From: Geosiphon pyriformis uo1
Lineage: Eukaryota; Fungi; Glomeromycota
Direction of reading: 5' to 3'
Length of the DNA stretch: 17,924 bases
NCBI GenBank assembly: GCA_016748015.1
Contig: JAAOMT010000280.1
Coordinates: forward strand, 1-17,924
Position 1 is the first letter of the stretch. The number at the start of each line of letters is the position of its first letter. Made by a program: the position numbers and the translations under genes. Positions 10,737-17,924 of the stretch are shown in pieces. Below the pieces are notes generated by a model. That model ran no database searches, had not been told where the DNA came from, and saw only the letters and a list, made by a program, of their open reading frames with translations.

Positions 10737-11588
10737 TATTACTCATAAAATATAAGAAGTATATTAGCATATAAATTAGCCAATCAGAAGTAGCCATAGT
10801 AAATATAGAATTCCAGGATTCCTTTCAAGAGAAATTGCAGGATTCCAAGAATTTCAGAATTTTTGTATAAGGAATTGCAGGATTCCAGAATTCTAGAATT
10901 CCTCTCAAAAAAAATTGCAGGATTCCAAGAATTCCAAGATTCCTGGTATGAAAAATTGAGGAATTGAGGAATCTCAATTATGTATATATAGCAGTAGTAT
11001 TAGAAGTAGAAAAGACAGAACTTCCAGTTTAGAGTTGATCTAAACAACTTTTCAAATCACAAATATCAATAAATAATTATTCACTATCTCTAATTTCACT
11101 CTTCACTATCAACACTTTATGTTGATAACAAATAATACTTAATCATACTAGAACAATAGCTCTTGATTATAGCTATTGATAGAATACTAACTTACAAATT
11201 GACTTGGCTTATTTTCTTTTGTTTTTGTTTTTTTTATTTCATTTCTGTGATTTTATTGTTGTGTACTAATTAATTGAAAGAGAATAATGCACAGAATACT
11301 AATGTCAAAGTGATTGGTAAAAGACCCAAGAATAAGAGTAGAATACTCAATTGAGGATAGCTTACCAAGAGAAATACTGGCCATCACACTGAGAAAAAAA
11401 TTGACAAAACTGCAGTTTTAGGAAGCTACAGATAAACACTATTGAATCTCTGTCTATTATATAAAAAACTCCACAATAAAACCTTCAGGTCAATATCACT
11501 TTCAAAAACCACCACCATCATTCAATCAATTAAGTACCAAGTTACAGGTTGTTATTTGATTTAAGACCTCAAATAATTACCTGTAACA
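10737..11588 (+). repeat. 3' LTR of the plus-strand Gypsy element (852 bp)
   Basis: Termini T(A)TTACTCA...CTGTAACA. It has CCAAT, GAATTCCAGGATTCC repeats (10808-10975), TATATATA near 10984 and AATAAA at 11068. It is homologous to the reverse complement of 2639-3477 and to 14417-15232. Confidence 0.92.
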
Positions 11589-11589
11589 A

Positions 11590-11710
11590 TGTGTTTCTAA
11601 TGCTGTTTAAGCTTTAAACATGCCAATATGTTTCATTAATTTATATAAGTGATGTTACTAGTGGTTTTTGTTAATATTTGGAAATATTTCTTAGCTTAAC
11701 TGATAACACA
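11590..11710 (+). pseudogene. Possible short LINE RT fragment
   Basis: YLEIFLS at 11675-11695 resembles the non-LTR RT YLG motif. GT-rich strand bias matches the other LINE pieces. Support is weak. Confidence 0.25.
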
Positions 11711-13184
11711 TATTATTATGATTATGCTATTGATTATAGCATATTATGGGTGTATGGACTATTTCAATAGGTGAGAGAGCAAAAAGAAGTTTGTGATAAA
11801 GTTATTAAAAGTGAAAAAAAGCATTGTCATTATTATTTGTTTTTGGGCAAGAACCAGTCTTAGGTATTTTAAAGAGGAAAGAAAAGTCACATCTCTTTAT
11901 ATGTATCAGAAGTGCAACCAGCAACAAGAAGAAACCAAAATTACTTAAAAAATTCATAACCAGAATTCTTTCAATTAGTCATCAAAAAGATGTAGTATTC
12001 AAATATCTGCTTTGAAAATGAAATTATAGGAATTATAAAAGGAATTATGAAAGTCAAACATAACTGAAATAGATTTTGCTTAAACTGTTTATTGTTGGGA
12101 CCATTCTCTAATAATGTAATATTTTATTACTTATTTTTATATTTAACAACTTATTTGGTGAAACAAAACTTAATGTGAAATGATAATAACATATGATTTG
12201 AAAGATTGAAAGTAATAGAACAACTTGAAATGGTGATAACAAGTAAGTAAAAGATTATAAACAATGTAATTCCAAATAGTGATAAGGAATATAGAAAGAC
12301 ATATTTGAAATAGTAATAACAAGTATTTAGAGCATAGAAAAAGGGAAAAAAAGTGAGAGGTAGAGGAGAGAACTAACTGCTCACTATAAAATTATAGTGA
12401 AAAGTTGGCTCAGTATTGAACTAATGCTTTTTTGAGCTAACAAAAGAGCTGTATATATAGCTAAATTACATCAAATCTACATACTATATTAAAATTATTT
12501 AAAATACATCAATTATTTATATATATTTAATTAATCAATTTATGATAAGCTTACTTGGTCTGTTATTTATCCAAAAGCTAGTAATTTAGATGATCAGATT
12601 TTAAATAGCTGGATCTAGAACATTGATTGTAAATTAATAATACCAATTGTATTTATGATCAATATAATCAGAAGTAAATCAATTGATTACATTTTTTGGT
12701 AACTACTTTTAACTATTAATTGTGGATCTGAAATGTTAGATTGTTTTAATAAGGATGTATAAGAATTTTGAAGCATAACAAAGCCTGTTATTATCTGATT
12801 ACATATATCAATTATTTATTTCTATTGGTGTTTCTTAGTTTGCCAAGATTTCTTTGTATCTAACTTAATTAAACTATTAGATTGTGCCATATTTTTTTGT
12901 TGTAATTGGATTGATTATTGATCATTTATTTTCAGATTGCCAGCTAATTTTGTTGATTAAATGTAATAATATAGGTCTTTTTTGCATGATTTTGATGTTA
13001 ATTTCTATTGTATGTGTTGTAATTTTTGTATTGAAAAGTGTAAAAATCTTTTGGTAATAGTGATGATGTTTTTTCTGACATGATAAAAAAAATTAGCATA
13101 AAAACATTGTGTTTAATGGTTAATAATCTATTTAATAGCAAAGCTATTAGTTTATTTAGTATTCTTAATAAGTTGTAAAGACAT

Positions 13185-14058
13185 TGTTACGGTTTAAGAA
13201 TTTAGCAAAAGAATCATAAAAATAATATAAACTATTTAATCATAATATAATGCAGTAATAATCTTAGAAAAGTAATGATTAACATAGTAGCAAACACCAT
13301 TTCGCGATAGTGGCAAGCACCAGTTCACAATAGCAGCTAACACCAACTGGTAATAGCAGCAAACACCAGGTTGAAATATCAAAAAAAAAGTATTACAATG
13401 TGTTTTCTTATAGAACTACAAACATGTATATATACAGTAGCTTTAATATTGAGAAAAGAGAATCAAGTAATAAAAATCATAATTTATCAAGCAATAGATC
13501 CAATTTTATCCAACAAACTCCACTTTAAATCATACTTTCAAATTAAATATCTCAAGAAATCTTTAAATCAAAATAAAATGAAAAAGAATATTTAAAACTG
13601 AATTATCACAATTCAAAGTATTAAGAAACTTACTTGTATTATTTATTGAATGAAACTATTATTTATTAACTGAATTTCTTGGAAGAATAATTCTTGATTA
13701 AGATTATTCACATTGTTACTAATTGATAAAAGCTTTACTATAAGAATTAGAAAAAGCACTAAAGGCCATTAACATTCTGTGTTTCTAGATTAGAGAAACA
13801 CATCAGGCAATTGCAAGAATAGCCTCAAAGAAGACCCCAGACAGTGGGTAGATTTCAGTTCAGCCTCTAAGAAAGAGTACATAAATACACACAACAATCA
13901 GAAATTGAAGAATAACTTACATTATGACATTAAAAAGAAAGTCTTCAGTATAACAGTGACATTATCACACAAATAGAATTGAGAAACTCACGAAAGACTA
14001 ATTGCAATTAAAACGAAATATTGGCAATTAAATATAACAAGAAAACTATCCTGTAACA
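13185..14058 (+). mobile_element. Solo LTR of a more distant family, with 4-bp TSD ACAT
   Basis: Termini TGTTAC...GTAACA. ACAT flanks both sides (13181-13184 and 14059-14062). U3 carries tandem ATAGYRGCAAACACCA-like repeats (13284-13369), and there is a TGTATATATA box near 13425. Confidence 0.88.
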
Positions 14059-14416
14059 ACATAATAATAATATTATAATAAGATGTTTTTTGAATTTATT
14101 GAATTTGTGTTTGTTATTTAGTAGTATTTTAGTTTTCTGAAAAAAAACATGAATCTTAATAATTTTTAAGTCTTACAAATAAAAAAGCATTTTAATAAAT
14201 ACTTAATTCATTATATTAATTAAAACAGCTAAAAAAATTCTCTCTAAAATTTTCTTTGATTAGATTTGTTTATATATAGCAAGTTTAGTATTTTTTATGA
14301 AAATAATTTCTTTGTATTAAAAGATATTTTGACTTAGTTTTTTGTGTTTGCTGTTAAATTAGTTATTAAAAATGTTTTAAAAAAAAATTGGAAACTCTGA
14401 TTGATTTTACAAGATA

Positions 14417-15232
14417 TGTTATAACTTATAGAATATAGAAATCATATATTAATACATAAATTAGCCAATTAGAATAAGACATAATAAAAGTGAAATTCCA
14501 GGATTATTTTTAAAAAGAATTGTAAAATTCCAGAATTACAGAATTCCAGTATAAAGAATTGTAGAATTTCAGAATTTCAGGATTTTTTTCAAAGAATTAC
14601 AAAATTTCCAGATTTCTGGATTCCTGGTTAGAGAATTAAAGAATTCAAGAAATCTCATATAACAAAATTTATGTATATATAGCAGTAGTATTAGAAACAA
14701 AAAGAGCAGAATTTTTTAGCTAAAAATCTTTAGTTTAGAATCTTCAATTCCAACTCCCCTTCCATTCTTTTATACAATAATATTCTATAATTTGAAGTAA
14801 AAACATCAAATATTAATAAAATACTTATTATATATTACAATCCATTTTTCCACTATCAACAACTTATGTTAATAGTTGTTGATAGTTAACTACACTAGAC
14901 TAATAGCTCTTGATTATGGCTATTAACAAAATACTAACTTTTTCTTGTCTTGACTTATTTTGTTTTCTCTTTTCATTATTTTTTTTATTTCTTTTTATTT
15001 CTTTTTTTTTCTTTTGTTTTATTGTGAATTTACTAATTGATTAAAAAATTAACATACAAAGTACTAACATCAAGATATAGCACTGATAAAAGACCCAGAA
15101 ATAAGAGTAGACACTCAAAATTAAGAAAAAAATTGCCAGCCACCAAGCTGAGAAAAGAATTAATGGAATTGCAATTCCAGAAGATGACTGAAAACAACTA
15201 TTGAATTTTTGTTTATTATACAAAAAACTCAT
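14417..15232 (+). repeat. 3'-truncated LTR related to 10737-11588
   Basis: Starts TGTTAT. It shares ATAAATTAGCCAAT, GAATTCCAG repeats, TATGTATATATAGCAGTAGTATTAGAA, the hairpins and AAAAGACCCA with the other LTRs. Homology ends near 15232, and there is no upstream PPT. Confidence 0.85.
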
Positions 15233-15239
15233 ATTTCTG

Positions 15240-15644
15240 TGCATTGTCAATTGTTAGATGCCTATATTGTTACTTAAGGTGTGATTTTTGGTCTTTCTCA
15301 ATTCTTTTTATGTGTGTCTCAATTGTTGTTTTCCTGTATTTTAAATATTGCAATATGTATGGCTTTTTGTAACAGCTTTGTCTTTAAAGATTGGCTTTGA
15401 AGAACTGCATCTGTCTTTGGAGGTTTTAAGGTTATAAGTCAGAAGATTATGGGCTTTGTGTATAACTTTTGTCTTGCTTTTAGAGATAAGATTTGGTTGG
15501 TTTGTGCTAAACATCATGTTTTCTAGTAGTGTGGTTAAATTGCTTGGTATTGCTGAGGTATTTGGTGCTAGTTTTAGATTGTGTGAATCTTGTTTATTTT
15601 TTTTAGGTATTGGGAACCCAGTCTTGATTTATATAAATGCTTAG
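15240..15644 (+). pseudogene. 3' end of a decayed LINE ORF2
   Basis: Translation ...FCNSFVFKDWL...KIMGFV.NFCLAFRDKIWLVCAKH, frameshift, SSSVVKLLGIAEVFG...CLFFLGIGNPVLIYINA*. IW-containing C-terminus typical of non-LTR ORF2, followed by a short UTR and an A-rich tail. Confidence 0.6.
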
Positions 15645-15757
15645 TGTTGTCCTGATTAGCTTGAATGGCTGGTTACATATAGAAAAAGCATAATTTACAC
15701 CTGGTTTAAATCAATTATTTGATGTATTGCACTAAGTAGTGTTTAAATTTTACTCAT

Positions 15758-15781
15758 TAAATAAATAAATAAATAAAAAAA
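15758..15781 (+). repeat. (TAAA)n / poly-A tail of the LINE
   Basis: TAAATAAATAAATAAATAAAAAAA about 115 bp after the ORF2 stop. Confidence 0.55.
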
Positions 15782-16655
15782 GTAAAGCAGTCTTATATTA
15801 AAGTTAGAAAAAAATAACAGATTATCAATACAATTGTAAAAAAAACTGTAGAACTAATTATTGTAATTGTAAAAAAGTCAGAATTTTATATAATACACAA
15901 TGTTATGGTGATAGTAGTAATGCTTGTAAGAATTGAAACAAATAATAAAATTTATTAGATATAATAATAAAAAAATGGGTCAAATATTAAAACTTCGATT
16001 TTTTTGATTGGCTAATAAAAGAGAAACTTTTTACTGGCCAATTAACCAATTCGAAATCAATACAGTATTGAATTAAGAATTCCGAATTAACTCAAGTTAA
16101 GTTAATTCCGAATCAACTCAAATTTTGTTCCAACTCATAACATATCCAAATGTCTATACAAAAGAAAACCTTACATTATCATAATCTCCTACAAGTAAAT
16201 CTTTTCGAGTAATTTTTTAATATAGTGTTAACATATCATGATTAAAATATCATATAAGGTTTTACTAAAATGGGTTTAACTAACCTAAAAAAACTAATAT
16301 TTTTTATTATCCATTAAAATAAGATCTTTTAAACTTTGATTCAAAGCTAAAAGGAAGTAAAAAATGGTGTTACAAAAAATTTAGGTCTAAAAATGAACAT
16401 TAGGCTTCTTTTCTGAATTCAGAAAGTATCTAATATTTGAAAAAACATTAGAGATGATGATACGCACAGACCCTTGAATTTTTGGTAATTATAATTAAAA
16501 TTCGTAATAATTAAAAATTAATAAACCCAGTTCTCTGCAAGGTTTGTGAAAATTTTATTATACCAATTTATTTTTTGCACCAATAATAGGATGACAAATA
16601 TGGATATCAACATTCTAAGCCTTATTTGTCTGTTTTCATTTCATAAAAAATTAGC

Positions 16656-16709
<54 letters not shown>
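16656..16709. repeat. (TAT)18 microsatellite
   Basis: Perfect trinucleotide run read directly from the sequence. Confidence 0.97.
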
Positions 16710-16841
16710 GGTAATCAAAGGTAAATCCTCAAAATTAGATTCTTTAAGTTGAATTATTTTAATGTTTATCTTTAATATGTAAATTAAATGAAAAAAGCAA
16801 AAAATATATATATTGTATATATCTTAATTGATAAAATTAAT

Positions 16842-17348
16842 NNNNNNNNNNNNNNNNNNNNNNNNNNNNNNNNNNNNNNNNNNNNNNNNNNNNNNNNNNN
16901 NNNNNNNNNNNNNNNNNNNNNNNNNNNNNNNNNNNNNNNNNNNNNNNNNNNNNNNNNNNNNNNNNNNNNNNNNNNNNNNNNNNNNNNNNNNNNNNNNNNN
17001 NNNNNNNNNNNNNNNNNNNNNNNNNNNNNNNNNNNNNNNNNNNNNNNNNNNNNNNNNNNNNNNNNNNNNNNNNNNNNNNNNNNNNNNNNNNNNNNNNNNN
17101 NNNNNNNNNNNNNNNNNNNNNNNNNNNNNNNNNNNNNNNNNNNNNNNNNNNNNNNNNNNNNNNNNNNNNNNNNNNNNNNNNNNNNNNNNNNNNNNNNNNN
17201 NNNNNNNNNNNNNNNNNNNNNNNNNNNNNNNNNNNNNNNNNNNNNNNNNNNNNNNNNNNNNNNNNNNNNNNNNNNNNNNNNNNNNNNNNNNNNNNNNNNN
17301 NNNNNNNNNNNNNNNNNNNNNNNNNNNNNNNNNNNNNNNNNNNNNNNN
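16842..17348. other. Assembly gap (507 N)
   Basis: Run of N. Confidence 1.
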
Positions 17349-17390
17349 AAAGAAAGGCTTTTAAAAAGGTGACGATGATTTTTTTAAAAG

Positions 17391-17597
17391 TTCTGCTGTT
17401 CCACATTGGTAATAACTTGCTTAACAATATTTTTTGGCATGAACTCTAAAGTGCTATCAATTGATTGGATTACAAGTTTGTTTCCTTTTCGGAGGACTTG
17501 TTTTAATCGTAAACGTGACTATCGACGCAAAAGTAGCCTTTTCTCTCACAGCGATTCTTTGTTTCTAGACTCTGTTTTTGGATCGGATGGTGACTGA
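17391..17597 (+). CDS. Possible terminal exon of a host gene (hydrophobic segment plus basic/Ser-rich tail)
   Basis: Follows an acceptor-like TTTTTTTAAAAG. Reads FCCSTLVITCLTIFFGMNSKVLSIDW...RKRDYRRKSS...*. CpG is retained here, unlike in the TE DNA. No family recognised. Confidence 0.25.
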   Translation, partial: FCCSTLVITCLTIFFGMNSKVLSIDWITSLFPFRRTCFNRKRDYRRKSSLFSHSDSLFLDSVFGSDGD

Positions 17598-17924
17598 TTT
17601 AAGAATCGAAGCTTCTATTTACAAGTTCGAAGATATCTGGATGGGGATTGCCTCCAACCCCACTAAACTTTCTATCATTAAGATTTAGCTTTGAGATTGA
17701 TAAAGATGATGAATGTTAAAATAGATGGAAAAAAAAAATACACTTCACTTTCTTGAGCAATTTTTAATTTTTAATTAAGAAAAAAATATACCATTTACAC
17801 ATATATTATTATTTTTAATTTTCATGTTGCGAGAAATTTAAAATAAAATATTAAAAAAACAACGAAAAATCAATCAATGAAGACAAAAGTCATCGTAATA
17901 ATTAGAAATACTTTGAGTATTTAT

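Larger units (their letters stand above)
3478..11588 (+). mobile_element. 5'-truncated, decayed Ty3/Gypsy (Metaviridae) LTR retrotransposon with dUTPase and an extra 3' ORF
   Basis: Domain order gag-PR-(dUTPase)-RT-RH-IN, followed by PPT and LTR. Many in-frame stops and a few frameshifts. The 5' LTR and gag N-terminus are missing. Confidence 0.95.

Noticed and set aside
2639-11588. Single element with inverted LTRs (DIRS-like)
   Set aside because: The left LTR has its own partner LTR, PBS and PPT, has different U3 repeats, and cuts gag mid-domain. The element encodes a DDE integrase, not a tyrosine recombinase.
12170-12330. CRISPR-like array
   Set aside because: The repeats are short, degenerate and irregularly spaced, the context is eukaryotic, and there are no cas genes.
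16440-16640. Micro-exon gene model with two short GT-AG introns
   Set aside because: GT/AG pairs are present, but no coherent or recognisable spliced product could be built without transcript data.
16546-16752. Poly-isoleucine membrane protein
   Set aside because: The Ile run is the (TAT)n microsatellite.
16788-17427. Long ORFs of 178-196 aa
   Set aside because: Artefacts of the N gap.

Overview
AT-rich eukaryotic, almost certainly fungal, window. The element families resemble those I recall from Glomeromycota such as Geosiphon; that assignment is from memory and unverified. About 15.8 kb of it is a nested, hypermutated transposon cluster. In order: (1) a decayed LINE-like ORF1 with RRM-like motifs (470-1555); (2) a minus-strand, internally deleted two-LTR element (1556-3477); (3) a 5'-truncated plus-strand Ty3/Gypsy element (3478-11588) with domain order gag-CCHC, protease, a Cys-rich insert, dUTPase, a beta-rich spacer, RT, RNase H, integrase and an extra non-env ORF, then PPT and 3' LTR; (4) a solo LTR with a 4-bp TSD (13185-14058); (5) a truncated LTR (14417-15232); (6) a LINE ORF2 3' end with an A-rich tail. 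The right end has CpG-retaining, probably host DNA, a (TAT)18 microsatellite and a 507-N gap. No intact gene is present. The most unusual signals are a gag reading frame that appears to start inside the LTR and run through U5 and the PBS behind splice-acceptor-like motifs, conserved and switchable LTR hairpins, and several accessory domains in the Gypsy element.
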